NCBI GenBank assembly: GCA_032718475.1
Contig: JAUCBJ010006711.1
Span: forward strand, 62,001 to 126,000
Length of the DNA: 64,000 bases
Source of the DNA: Nemertoderma westbladi
Lineage: Eukaryota; Animalia; Xenacoelomorpha
Direction of reading: 5' to 3'
In this document: positions 46,101 to 61,100 of the stretch, piece after piece
Position numbering within the stretch: position 1 is the first letter of the stretch
Layout: each line of letters starts with the position of its first letter
The notes under the pieces: generated by a model
Database searches by the model: none
Seen by the model: the letters and a program-made list of their open reading frames with translations, nothing else
What the model was told of the DNA's origin: nothing
Translations under genes and position numbers: made by a program

Positions 46101-49100
46101 CCATGTCAAAATCCTTGGTGTTTTTCTGCAATAATTTATCAAAATATCCTCTGATTTTTTTCAAAAACCACATCGATTTTCTTATTTATAACTTCAATCC
46201 CACTCCACGAGATAAAGTATCTTAAATGAAAGTCAAAAGAACAGGTAACACTTACATTTATAGAAGTAATCAGCTGTTATTTGCTACGTCTTTCCGCTGG
46301 AGATGGATGAATTTTGATTGCGTTGGAACACCCCCTATCTGTGGCTGTCTGAGTGGAGAGATAAGTAGCCTATCTCCCTGTTAATATTGTTGTGTTCTAG
46401 AATATTTTTTATAGTTTCATCGTATTTCCAAAGTGACTAGAGCTGAAGTTAACTCATAATACAATAATTCACCTCAAATATCTCAGCTATTTCATGAACA
46501 TAATGAAGTATTAAAGCCATGTCAAAATCATTGGTGTTTTTCTGCAATAATTTATCAAAATATCCTCTGATTTTTTTCAAAAACCACATCGATTTTCTTA
46601 TTTATAACTTCAATCCCACTCCACGAGATAGAGAATCTTAAATGAACGTCAAAAGAACAGGTAACACTTACATTTATAGCAGTAATCAGCTGTTATTTGC
46701 TACGTCTTTCCGCTGGAGATGGACCAATTTTGATTGCGTTGGAACAACCCCTATCTGTGGCTTTCTGAGTGGAGAGAAAGAGTAGCCAATCTCCCTGTTA
46801 ATATTGTTGTGTTCTAGAATATTTTTTATAGTTTCATCGTATTGCCAAAGTGACTAGAGCTGAAGTTGACTCATAATACAATAATTCACATCAAATATCT
46901 CAGCTATTTCATGAACATAATGAAGTATTAAATCCATGTCAAATTCCTTGGTATTTTTCTGCAATAATTTATCAAAATATCCTCTGATTTTTTTCAAAAA
47001 CCATATCAATTTTAATATTTATAACTTCTATCCCACTCCACGAGATAGAGAATCTTAAATGAACGTCAAAAGAACAGGTAACACTTACATTTATAGCAGT
47101 AATCAGCTGTTATTTGCTACGTCTTTCCGCTGGAGATGGATGAATTTTGATTGCGTTGGAACACCCCCTATCTGTGGCTGTCTGAGTGGAGAGATAAGTA
47201 GCCTATCTCCCTGTTAATATTGTTGTGTTCTAGAATATTTTTTATAGTTTCATCGTATTTCCAAAGTGACTAGAGCTGAAGTTGACTCATAATACAATAA
47301 TTCACCTCAAATATCTCAGCTATTTCATGAACATAATGAAGTATTAAATCCATGTCAAAATCCTTGGTATTTTTCTGCAATAATTTATCAAAATATCCTC
47401 TGATTTTTTTCAAAAACCATATCAATTTTCATATTTATAACTTCTATCCCACTCCACGAGATAGATAATCTTAAATGAACGTCAAAAGAACAGGTAACAC
47501 TTACATTTATAGAAGTAATCAGCTGTTATTTGCTACGTCTTTCCGCTGGAGATGGATGAATTTTGATTGTGTCAGAACACCCCCTATCTGTGGCTGTCTG
47601 AGTTGAGAAATAAGTAGCCTATCTCCCTATTAATATTGTTGTGTTCTAGAATATTTATTATAGTTTCATCGTATTGCTAAAGTGGCTGGAGCTAAAGTTA
47701 TTATGTAATGCAATAATTCACCTCAAATATCTCAGCTATTTCATGGACATAATGAAGTATTAAAGCCATGTCAAAATCCTTGGTGTTTTTCTGCAATAAT
47801 TTATCAAAATATCCTCTGATTTTTTTCAAAAACCACATCGATTTTCTTATTTATAACTTCAATCCCACTCCACGAGATAAAGTATCTTAAATGAAAGTCA
47901 AAAGAACAGGTAACACTTACATTTATAGAAGTAATCAGCTGTTATTTGCTACGTCTTTCCGCTGGAGATGGATGAATTTTGATTGCGTTGGAACACCCCC
48001 TATCTGTGGCTGTCTGAGTGGAGAGATAAGTAGCCTATCTCCCTGTTAATATTGTTGTGTTCTAGAATATTTTTTATAGTTTCATCGTATTTCCAAAGTG
48101 ACTAGAGCTGAAGTTGACTCATAATACAATAATTCACCTCAAATATCTCAGCTATTTCATGAACATAATGAAGTATTAAATCCATGTCAAAATCCTTGGT
48201 ATTTTTCTGCAATAATTTATCAAAATATCCTCTGATTTTTTTCAAAAACCATATCAATTTTCATATTTATAACTTCTATCCCACTCCACGAGATAGAGAA
48301 TCTTAAATGAACGTCAAAAGAACAGGTAACACTTACATTTATAGAAGTAATCAGCTGTTATTTGCTATGTCTTTCCTCTGGGGATAGATGAATTTTGATT
48401 GCGTTGGAACACCCCCTATCTGTGGCTTTCTGAGTGGAGAGATAAGTATCCTATCTCCCTATTAATATTGTTGTGTTCTAGAATATTTTTTATAGTTTCA
48501 TCGTATTGCCAAAGTGACTAGAGCTGAAGTTAACTCATAATACAATAATTCACCTCAAATATCTCAGCTATTTCATGAACATAATGAAGTATTAAAGCCA
48601 TGTCAAAATCATTGGTGTTTTTCTGCAATAATTTATCAAAATATCCTCTGATTTTTTTCAAAAACCACATTGATTTTCTTATTTATAACTTCAATCCCAC
48701 TCCACGAGATAGAGAATCTTAAATGAACGTCAAAAGAACAGGTAACACTTACATTTATAGCAGTAATCAGCTGTTATTTGCTACGTCTTTCCGCTGGAGA
48801 TGGATCAATTTTGATTGCGTTGGAACAACCCCTATCTGTGGCTTTCTGAGTGGAGAGAAAGAGTAGCCAATCTCCCTGTTAATATTGTTGTGTTCTAGAA
48901 TATTTTTTATAGTTTCATCGTATTGCCAAAGTGACTAGAGCTGAAGTTGACTCATAATACAATAATTCACCTCAAATATCTCAGCTATTTCATGAACATA
49001 ATGAAGTATTAAATCCATGTCAAATTCCTTGGTATTTTTCTGCAATAATTTATCAAAATATCCTCTGATTTTTTTCAAAAACCATATCAATTTTCATATT

Positions 49101-52100
49101 TATAACTTCTATCCCACTCCACGAGATAGAGAATCTTAAATGAACGTCAAAAGAACAGGTAACACTTACATTTATAGCAGTAATCAGCTGTTATTTGCTA
49201 CGTCTTTCCGCTGGAGATGGATGAATTTTGATTGCGTTGGAACACCCCCTATCTGTGACTGTCTGAGTGGAGAGATAAGTAGCCTATCTCCCTGTTAATA
49301 TTGTTGTGTTCTAGAATATTTTTTATAGTTTCATCGTATTTCCAAAGTGACTAGAGCTGAAGTTGACTCATAATACAATAATTCACCTCAAATATCTCAG
49401 CTATTTCATGAACATAATGAAGTATTAAATCCATGTCAAAATCCTTGGTATTTTTCTGCAATAATTTATCAAAATATCCTCTGATTTTTTTCAAAAACCA
49501 TATCAATTTTCATATTTATAACTTCTATCCCACTCCACGAGATAGAGAATCTTAAATGAACGTCAAAAGAACAGGTAACACTTACATTTATAGAAGTAAT
49601 CAGCTGTTATTTGCTACGTCTTTCCGCTGGAGATGGATGAATTTTGATTGTGTCAGAACACCCCCTATCTGTGGCTGTCTGAGTTGAGAAATAAGTAGCC
49701 TATCTCCCTATTAATATTGTTGTGTTCTAGAATATTTATTATAGTTTCATCGTATTGCTAAAGTGGCTGGAGCTAAAGTTATTATGTAATGCAATAATTC
49801 ACCTCAAATATCTCAGCTATTTCATGGACATAATGAAGTATTAAAGCCATGTCAAAATCCTTGGTGTTTTTCTGCAATAATTTATCAAAATATCCTCTGA
49901 TTTTTTTCAAAAACCACATCGATTTTCTTATTTATAACTTCAATCCCACTCCACGAGATAAAGTATCTTAAATGAAAGTCAAAAGAACAGGTAACACTTA
50001 CATTTATAGAAGTAATCAGCTGTTATTTGCTACGTCTTTCCGCTGGAGATGGATGAATTTTGATTGCGTTGGAACACCCCCTATCTGTGTCTTTCTGAGT
50101 GGAGAGATAAGTATCCTATCTCCCTATTAATATTGTTGTGTTCTAGAATATTTTTTATAGTTTCATCGTATTGCCAAAGTGACTAGAGCTGAAGTTGTCT
50201 CATAATACAATAATTCACCTCAAATATCTCAGCTATTTCATGAACATAATGAAGTATTAAATCCATGTCAAAATCCTTGGTATTTTTCTGCAATAATTTA
50301 TCAAAATATCCTCTGATTCTTTTCAAAAACCATATCAATTTTCATATTTATAACTTCTATCCCACTCCACGAGATAGAGAATCTTAAATGAACGTCAAAA
50401 GAACAGGTAACACTTACATTTATAGCAGTAATCAGCTGTTATTTGCTACGTCTTTCCGCTGGAGATGGATGAATTTTGATTGCGTTGGAACACCCCCTAT
50501 CTGTGGCTGTCTGAGTGGAGAGATAAGTTGCCTATCTCCCTGTTAATATTGTTGTGTTCTAGAATATTTATTATAGTTTCATCGTATTGCCAAAGTGACT
50601 AGAGCTGAAGTTGACTCATAATACAATAATTCACCTCAAATATCTCAGCTATTTCATGAACATAATGAAGTATTAAATCCATGTCAAAATCCTTGGTATT
50701 TTTCTGCAATAATTTATCAAAATATCCTCTGATTTTTTTCAAAAACCATATCAATTTTCATATTTATAACTTCTATCCCACTCAACGAGATAAAGTATCT
50801 TAAATGAAAGTCAAAAGAACAGGTAACACTTACATTTATAGAAGTAATCAGCTGTTATTTGCTACGTCTTTCCGCTGGAGATGGATGAATTTTGATTGCG
50901 TTGGAACACCCCCTATCTGTGGCTGTCTGAGTGGAGAGATAAGTAGCCTATCTCCCTGTTAATATTGTTGTGTTCTAGAATATTTATTATAGTTTCATCG
51001 TATTGCCAAAGTGACTAGAGCTGAAGTTGACTCATAATACAATAATTCACCTCAAATATCTCAGCTATTTCATGAACATAATGAAGTATTAAAGCCATGT
51101 CAAATTCCTTGGTATTTTTCTGCAATAATTTATCAAAATATCCTCTGATGTTTTTCAAAAACCATATCAATTTTCATATTTATAACTTCTATCCCACTCC
51201 ACGAGATAAAGAATCTTAAATGAAAGTCAAAAGAACAGGTAACACTTACATTTATAGAAGTAATCAGCTGTTATTTGCTACGTCTTTCCGCTGGAGATGG
51301 ATGAATTTTGATTGTGTCAGAACACCCCCTATCTGTGGCTTTCTGAGTTGAGAAATAAGTAGCCTATCTCCCTATTAATATTGTTGTGTTCTAGAATATT
51401 TATTATAGTTTCATCGTATTGCTAAAGTGGCTGGAGCTAAAGTTATTATGTAATGCAATAATTCACCTCAAATATCTCAGCTATTTCATGAACATAATGA
51501 AGTATTAAAGCCATGTCAAAATCCTTGGTGTTTTTCTGCAATAATTTATCAAAATATCCTCTGATTTTTTACAAAAATCATATCGATTTTCATATTTATA
51601 ACTTCTATCCCACTCAACGAGATAAAGTATCTTATATGAAAGTCAAAAGAACAGGTAACACTTACATTTATAGAAGTAATCAGCTGTTATTTGCTACGTC
51701 TTTCCGCTGGAGATGGATGAATTTTGATTGCGTTGGAACACCCCCTATCTGTGGCTGTCTGAGTGGAGAGATAAGTAGCCTATCTCCCTGTTAATATTGT
51801 TGTGTTCTAGAATATTTATTATAGTTTCATCGTATTGCCAAAGTGACTAGAGCTGAAGTTGACTCATAATACAATAATTCACCTCAAATATCTCAGCTAT
51901 TTCATGAACATAATGAAGTATTAAAGCCATGTCAAATTCCTTGGTATTTTTCTGCAATAATTTATCAAAATATCCTCTGATGTTTTTCAAAAACCATATC
52001 AATTTTCATATTTATAACTTCTATCCCACTCCACGAGATAAAGAATCTTAAATGAAAGTCAAAAGAACAGGTAACACTTACATTTATAGAAGTAATCAGC

Positions 52101-55100
52101 TGTTATTTGCTACGTCTTTCCGCTGGAGATGGATGAATTTTGATTGTGTCAGAACACCCCCTATCTGTGGCTTTCTGAGTTGAGAAATAAGTAGCCTATC
52201 TCCCTATTAATATTGTTGTGTTCTAGAATATTTATTATAGTTTCATCGTATTGCTAAAGTGGCTGGAGCTAAAGTTATTATGTAATGCAATAATTCACCT
52301 CAAATATCTCAGCTATTTCATGAACATAATGAAGTATTAAAGCCATGTCAAAATCCTTGGTGTTTTTCTGCAATAATTTATCAAAATATCCTCTGATTTT
52401 TTACAAAAATCATATCGATTTTCATATTTATAACTTCTATCCCATTCAACGAGATAAAGTATCTTATATGAAAGTCAAAAGAACAGGTAACACTTACATT
52501 TATAGAAGTAATCAGCTGTTATTTGCTATGTCTTTCCGCTGGAGATGGATTAATTTTGATTGCGTTGGAACACCCCCTATCTGTGGCTTTCTGAGTGGAG
52601 AGATAAGTATCCTATCTCCCTATTAATATTGTTGTGTTCTAGAATATTTTTTATAGTTTCATCGTATTGCCAAAGTGACTAGAGCTGAAGTTAACTGATA
52701 ATACAATAATTCACCTCAAATATCTCAGCTATTTCATGAACATAATGAAGTATTAAAGCCATGTCAAAATCATTGGTGTTTTTCTGCAATAATTTATCAA
52801 AATATCCTCTGATTTTTTTCAAAAACCACATCAATTTTCTTATTTATAACTTCTATCCCACTCCACGAGATAGAGAATCTTAAATGAACGTCAAAAGAAC
52901 AGGTAACACTTACATTTATAGCAGTAATCAGCTGTTATTTGCTACGTCTTTCCACTGGAGGTGGATGAATTTTGATTGCGTTGGAACACCCCCTATCTGT
53001 GGCTGTCTGAGTGGAGAGATAAGTAGCCTATCTCCCTGTTAATATTGTTGTGTTCTAGAATATTTATTATAGTTTCATCGTATTGCCAAAGTGACTAGAG
53101 CTGAAGTTGACTCATAATACAATAATTCGCCTCAAATATCTCAGCTATTTCATGAACATAATGAAGTATAAATCCATGTCAAATTCCTTGGTATTTTTCT
53201 GCAATAATTTATAAAAATATCCTCTGATTTTTTTAAAAAACCATATCAATTTTCATATTTATAACTTCGATCCCACTCAACGAGATAAAGTATCTTAAAT
53301 GAAAGTCAAAAGAACAGGTAACACTTACATTTATAGAAGTAATCAGCTGTTATTTGTTTCGTCTTTCCGCTGGAGATGGATGAATTTTGATTGTGTCAGA
53401 ACACCCCTATCTGTGGCTGTCTGAGTTGAGAGATAAGTAGCCTATCTCCCTGTTAATATTGTTGTGTTCTAGAATATTTATTATAGTTTCATCGCATTGC
53501 TAAAGTGGCTGGAGCTAAAGTTATTATGTAATGCAATAATTCACCTCAAATATCTCAGCTATTTTCATGAACATAATGAAGTATTAAATCCATGTCAAAA
53601 TCCTTGGTATTTTTCTGCAATAATTTATCAAAATATCCTCTGATTTTTTTAAAAAACCATATCAATTCCCATTCCACTCCACTAGATAAAGAATCTTAAA
53701 TGAAAGTCAAAAGAACAGGTAACACTTACATTTATAGAATTAATCAGCTGTTATTTGCTACGTCTTTCCGCTGGAGATGGATGAATTTTGATTGTGTCAG
53801 AACACCCCCTATCTGTGGCTGTCTGAGTTGAGAAATAAGTAGCCTATCTCCCTATTAATATTGTTGTGTTCTAGAATATTTATTATAGTTTCATCGTATT
53901 GCTAAAGTGGCTGGAGCTAAAGTTATTATGTAATGCAATAATTCACCTCAAATATCTCAGCTTTTTCATGAACATAATGAAGTATTAAAGCCATGTCAAA
54001 ATCCTTGGTGTTTTTCTGCAATAATTTATCAAAATATCCTCTGATTTTTTACAAAAACCATATCGATTTTCATATTTATAACTTCTATCCCACTCCACGA
54101 GATAGAGAATCTTAAATGAACGTCAAAAGAACAGGTAACACTTACATTTATAGCAGTAATCAGCTGTTATTTGCTACGTCTTTCTGCTGGAGATGGATTA
54201 ATTTTGATTGCGTTGGAACACCGCCTATCTGTGGCTTTCTGAGTGGAGAGATAAGTATCATATCTCCCTATTAATATTGTTGTGTTCTAGAATATTTTTT
54301 ATAGTTTCATCGTATTGCCAAAGTGACTAGAGCTGAAGTTAACTCATAATACAATAATTCACCTCAAATATCTCTGCTATTTCATGAACATAATGAAGTA
54401 TTAAAGCCATGTCAAAATCATTGGTGTTTTTCTGCAATAATTTATCAAAATATCCTCTGATTTTTTTCAAAAACCACATCGATTTTCTTATTTATAACTT
54501 CTATCCCACTCCACGAGATAGAGAATCTTAAATGAACGTCAAAAGAACAGGTAACACTTACATTTATAGCAGTAATCAGCTGTTATTTGCTACGTCTTTC
54601 CGCTGGAGATGGATGAATTTTGATTGCGTTGGAACACCCCCTATCTGTGGCTGTCTGAGAGGAGAGATAAGTAGCCTATCTCCCTGTTAATATTGTTGTG
54701 TTCTAGAATATTTATTATAGTTTCATCGTATTGCCAAAGTGACTAGAGCTGAAGTTGACTCATAATACAATAATTCACCTCAAATATCTCACCTATTTCA
54801 TGAACATAATGAAGTATTAAATCCATGTCAAATTCCTTGGTATTTTTCTGCTATAATTTATCAAAATATCCTCTGATTTTTTTCAAAAACCATATCAATT
54901 TTCATATTTATAACTTCTATCCCACTCCACGAGATAAAGAATCTAAAATGAAAGTCAAAAGAACAGGTAACACTTACATTTATAGAAGTAATCAGCTGTT
55001 ATTTGCTACGTCTTTCCGCTTTGAGATGGATGAATTTTGAGTGTGTCAGAACACCCCCTATCTGTGGCTGTCTGAGTTGAGAAATAAGTAGCCTATCTCC

Positions 55101-58100
55101 CTATTAATATTGTTGTGTTCTAGAATATTTATTATAGTTTCATCGTATTGCTAAAGTGGCTGGAGCTAAAGTTATTATGTAATGCAATAATTCACCTCAA
55201 ATATCTCAGCTATTTCATGAACATAATGAAGTATTAAAGCCATGTCAAAATCCTTGGTGTTTTTCTGCAATAATTTATCAAAATATCCTCTGATTTTTTA
55301 CAAAAACCATATCGATTTTCATATTTATAACTTCTATCCCACTCCACGAGATAGAGAATCTTAAATGAACGTCAAAAGAACAGGTAACACTTACATTTAT
55401 AGCAGTAATCAGCTGTTATTTGCTACGTCTTTCCGAGGGAGATGGATTAATTTTGATTGCGTTGGAACACCCCCTATCTGTGGCTTTCTGAGTGGAGAGA
55501 TAAGTATCCTATCTCCCTATTAATGTTGTTGTGTTCTAGAATATTTTTTATAGTTTCATCGTATTGCCAAAGTGACTAGAGCTGAAGTTAACTCATAATA
55601 CAATAATTCACCTCAAATATCTCAGCTATTTCATGAACATAATGAAGTATTAAAGCCATGTCAAAATCATTGGTGTTTTTCTGCAATAATTTATCAAAAT
55701 ATCCTCTGATTTTTTTCAAAAACCATATCGATTTTCTTATTTATAACTTCTATCCCACTCCACGAGATAGAGAATCTTAAATGAACGTCAAAAGAACAGG
55801 TAACACTTACATTTATAGCAGTAATCAGCTGTTATTTGCTACGTCTTTCCGCTGGAGATGGATGAATTTTGATTGCGTTGGAACACCCCCTATCTGTGGC
55901 TGTCTGAGTTGAGAGATAAGTAGCCTATTTCCCTATTAATATTGTTGTGTTCTAGAATATTTATTATAGTTTCATCGCATTGCTAAAGTGGCTGGAGCTA
56001 AAGTTATTATGTAATGCAGTAATTCACCTCAAATATCTCAGCTATTTCATGAACATAATGAAGTATTAAATCCATGTCAAAATCCTTGGTATTTTTCTGC
56101 AATAATTTAACAAAATATCCTCTGATTTTTTTCAAAAACAATATCAATTTTCATATTTATAACTTCTATCCCACTCCACGAGATAAAGAATCTAAAATGA
56201 AAGTCAAAAGAACAGGTAACACTTACATTTATAGAAGTAATCAGCTGTTATTTGCTACGTCTTTCCGCTGGAGATGGATGAATTTTGATTGCGTTGGAAC
56301 ACCCCCTATCTGTGGCTTTCTGAGTAGAGAGATAAGTATCCTATCTCCCTATTAATATTGTTGTGTTCTAGAATATTTTTTATAGTTTCATCGTATTGCC
56401 AAAGTGACTAGAGCTGAAGTTAACTCATAATACAATAATTCACCTCAAATATCTCAGCTATTTCATGAACATAATGAAGTATTAAAGCCATGTCAAAATC
56501 ATTGGTGTTTTTCTGCAATAATTTATCAAAATATCCTCTGATTTTTATCAAAAACCACATCGATTTTCTTATTTATAACTTCTATCCCACTCAACGAGAT
56601 AGAGAATCTTAAATGAACGTCAAAAGAACAGGTAACACTTACATTTATAGCAGTAATCAGCTGTTATTTGCTACGTCTTTCCGCTGGAGATGGATGAATT
56701 TTGATTGCGTTGGAACACCCCCTATCTGTGGCTGTCTGAGTGGAGAGATAAGTAGCCTATCTCTCTGTTAATATTGTTGTGTTCTAGAATATTTATTATA
56801 GTTTCATCGTATTGCCAAAGTGACTAGAGCTGAAGTTAACTCATAATACAATAATTCACCTCAAATATCTCAGCTATTTCATGAACATAATGAAGTATTA
56901 AAGCCATGTCAAAATCATTGGTGTTTTTCTGCAATAATTTATCAAAATATCCTCTGATTTTTTTCAAAAACCATATCGATTTTCTTATTTATAACTTCTA
57001 TCCCACTCCACGAGATAGAGAATCTTAAATGAACGTCAAAAGAACAGGTAACACTTACATTTATAGCAGTAATCAGCTGTTATTTGCTACGTCTTTCCGC
57101 TGGAGATGGATGAATTTTGATTGCGTTGGAACACCACCTATCTGTGGCTGTCTGAGTTGAGAGATAAGTAGCCTATCTCCCTATTAATATTGTTGTGTTC
57201 TAGAATATTTATTATAGTTTCATCGCATTGCTAAAGTGGCTGGAGCTAAAGTTATTATGTAATGCAATAATTCACCTCAAATATCTCAGCTATTTCATGA
57301 ACATAATGAAGTATTAAATCCATGTCAAAATCCTTGGTATTTTTCTGCAATAATTTAACAAAATATCCTTGATTTTTTTCAAAAACCATACCAATTTTCA
57401 TATTTATAACTTCTATCCCACTCCACGAGATAAAGAATCTAAAATGAAAGTCAAAATAACAGGTAACACTTACATTTATAGAAGTAATCAGCTGTTATTT
57501 GCTACGTCTTTCCGCTGGAGATGGATGAATTTTGATTGCGTTGGAACACCCCCTATCTGTGGCTGTCTGAGTTGAGAGATAAGTAGCCTATTTCCCTATT
57601 AATATTGTTGTGTTCTAGAATATTTATTATAGTTTCATCGCATTGCTAAAGTGGCTGGAGCTAAAGTTATTATGTAATGCAGTAATTCACCTCAAATATC
57701 TCAGCTATTTCATGAACATAATGAAGTATTAAATCCATGTCAAAATCCTTGGTATTTTTCTGCAATAATTTAACAAAATATCCTCTGATTTTTTTCAAAA
57801 ACAATATCAATTTTCATATTTATAACTTCTATCCCACTCCACGAGATAAAGAATCTAAAATGAAAGTCAAAAGAACAGGTAACACTTACATTTATAGAAG
57901 TAATCAGCTGTTATTTGCTACGTCTTTCCGCTGGAGATGGATGAATTTTGATTGCGTTGGAACACCCCCTATCTGTGGCTTTCTGAGTAGAGAGATAAGT
58001 ATCCTATCTCCCTATTAATATTGTTGTGTTCTAGAATATTTTTATAGTTTCATCGTATTGCCAAAGTGACTAGAGCTGAAGTTAACTCATAATACAATAA

Positions 58101-61100
58101 TTCACCTCAAATATCTCAGCTATTTCATGAACATAATGAAGTATTAAAGCCATGTCAAAATCATTGGTGTTTTTCTGCAATAATTTATCAAAATATCCTC
58201 TGATTTTTATCAAAAACCACATCGATTTTCTTATTTATAACTTCTATCCCACTCCACGAGACAGAGAATCTTAAATGAACGTCAAAAGAACAGGTAACAC
58301 TTACATTTATAGCAGTAATCAGCTGTTATTTGCTACGTCTTTCCGCTGGAGATGGATGAATTTTGATTGCGTTGGAACACCCCCTATCTGTGGCTGTCTG
58401 AGTGGAGAGATAAGTAGCCTATCTCTCTGTTAATATTGTTGTGTTCTAGAATATTTATTATAGTTTCATCGTATTGCCAAAGTGACTAGAGCTGAAGTTG
58501 ACTCATAATACAATAATTCACCTCAAATATCTCAGCTATTTCATGAACATAATGAAGTATTAAATCCATGTCAAATTCCTTGGTATTTTTTAGCAATAAT
58601 TTATCAAAATATCCTCTGATTTTTTTCAAAAACCATGTCGATTTTCATATTTATAACTTCTATCCCACTCCACGAGATAGAGAATCTTAAATGAACGTCA
58701 AAAGAACAGGTAACACTTACATTTATAGCAGTAATCAGCTGTTATTTGCTACGTCTTTCCGAGGGAGATGGATTAATTTTGATTGCGTTGGAACACCCCC
58801 TATCTGTGGCTTTCTGAGTGGAGAGATAAGTATCCTATCTCCCTATTAATGTTGTTGTGTTCTAGAATATTTTTTATAGTTTCATCGTATTGCCAAAGTG
58901 ACTAGAGCTGAAGTTAACTCATAATACAATAATTCACCTCAAATATCTCAGCTATTTCATGAACATAATGAAGTATTAAAGCCATGTCAAAATCATTGGT
59001 GTTTTTCTGCAATAATTTATCAAAATATCCTCTGATTTTTTTCAAAAACCATATCGATTTTCTTATTTATAACTTCTATCCCACTCCACGAGATAGAGAA
59101 TCTTAAATGAACGTCAAAAGAACAGGTAACACTTACATTTATAGCAGTAATCAGCTGTTATTTGCTACGTCTTTCCGCTGGAGATGGATGAATTTTGATT
59201 GCGTTGGAACACCACCTATTTGTGGCTGTCTGAGTTGAGAGATAAGTAGCCTATCTCCCTATTAATATTGTTGTGTTCTAGAATATTTATTATAGTTTCA
59301 TCGCATTGCTAAAGTGGCTGGAGCTAAAGTTATTATGTAATGCAATAATTCACCTCAAATATCTCAGCTATTTCATGAACATAATGAAGTATTAAATCCA
59401 TGTCAAAATCCTTGGTATTTTTCTGCAATAATTTAACAAAATATCCTTGATTTTTTTCAAAAACCATACCAATTTTCATATTTATAACTTCTATCCCACT
59501 CCACGAGATAAAGAATCTAAAATGAAAGTCAAAATAACAGGTAACACTTACATTTATAGAAGTAATCAGCTGTTATTTGCTACGTCTTTCCGCTGGAGGT
59601 GGATGAATTTTGAGTGTGTCAGAACACCCCCTATCTGTGGCTGTCTGAGTTGAGAAATAAGTAGCATATCTCCCTATTAATATTGTTGTGTTCTAGAATA
59701 TTTATTATAGTTTCATCGTATTGCTAAAGTGGCTGGAGCTAAAGTTATTATGTAATGCAATAATTCACCTCAAATATAACAGCTATTTCATGAACATAAT
59801 GAAGTATTAAAGCCATGTCAAAATCCTTGGTGTTTTTCTGCAATAATTTATCAAAATATCCTCTGATTTTTTACAAAAACCATATCGATTTTCATATTTA
59901 TAACTTCTATCCCACTCCACGAGATAGAGAATCTTAAATGAACGTCAAAAGAACAGGTAACACTTACATTTATAGAAGTAATCAGCTGTTATTTGCTTCG
60001 TCTTTCCGCTGGAGATGGATGAATTTTGATTGCGTTGGAACACCCCCTATCTGTGGCTTTCTGAGTGGAGAGATAAGTATCCTATCTCCCTATTAATATT
60101 GTTGTGTTCTAGAATATTTTTTATAGTTTCATCGTATTGCCAAAGTGACTAGAGCTGAAGTTAACTCATAATACAATAATTCACCTCAAATATCTCAGCT
60201 ATTTCATGAACATAATAAAGTATTAAAGCCATGTCAAAATCATTGGTGTTTTTCTGCAATAATTTATCAAAATATCCTCTGATTTTTATCAAAAACCACA
60301 TCGATTTTCTTATTTATAACTTCTATCCCACTCCACGAGATAGAGAATCTTAACTGAACGTCAAAAGAACAGGTAACACTTACATTTATAGCAGTAATCA
60401 GCTGTTATTTGCTACGTCTTTCCGATGGAGATGGATGAATTTTGATTGCGTTGGAACACCCCCTATCTGTGGCTGTCTGAGTGGAGAGATAAGTAGCCTA
60501 TCTCGCTGTTAATATTGTTGTGTTCTAGAATATTTATTATAGTTTCATCGTATTGCCAAAGTGACTAGAGCTGAAGTTGACTCATAATACAATAATTCAC
60601 CTCAAATATCTCAGCTATTTCATGAACATAATGAAGTATTAAATCCATGTCAAATTCCTTGGTATTTTTTTGCAATAATTTATCAAAATATCCTCTGATT
60701 TTTTTCAAAAACCACATCGATTTTCTTATTTATAACTTCTATCCCACTCCACGAGATAGAGAATCTTAAATAAACGTCAAAAGAACAGGTAACACTTACA
60801 ATTATAGCAGTAATCAGCTGTTATTTGCTACGTCTTCCCGCTGGAGATGGATGAATTTTGATTGCGTTGGAACACCCCCTATCTGTGGCTGTCTGAGTGG
60901 AGAGATAAGTAGCCTATCTCCCTGTTAATATTGTTGTGTTCTAGAATATTTATTATAGTTTCATCGTATTGCCAAAGTGACTAGAGCTGAAGTTGACTCA
61001 TAATACAATAATTCACCTCAAATATCTCAGCTATTTCATGAACATAATGAAGTGTTAAATCCATGTCAAATTCCTTGGTATTTTTCTGCAATAATTTATC

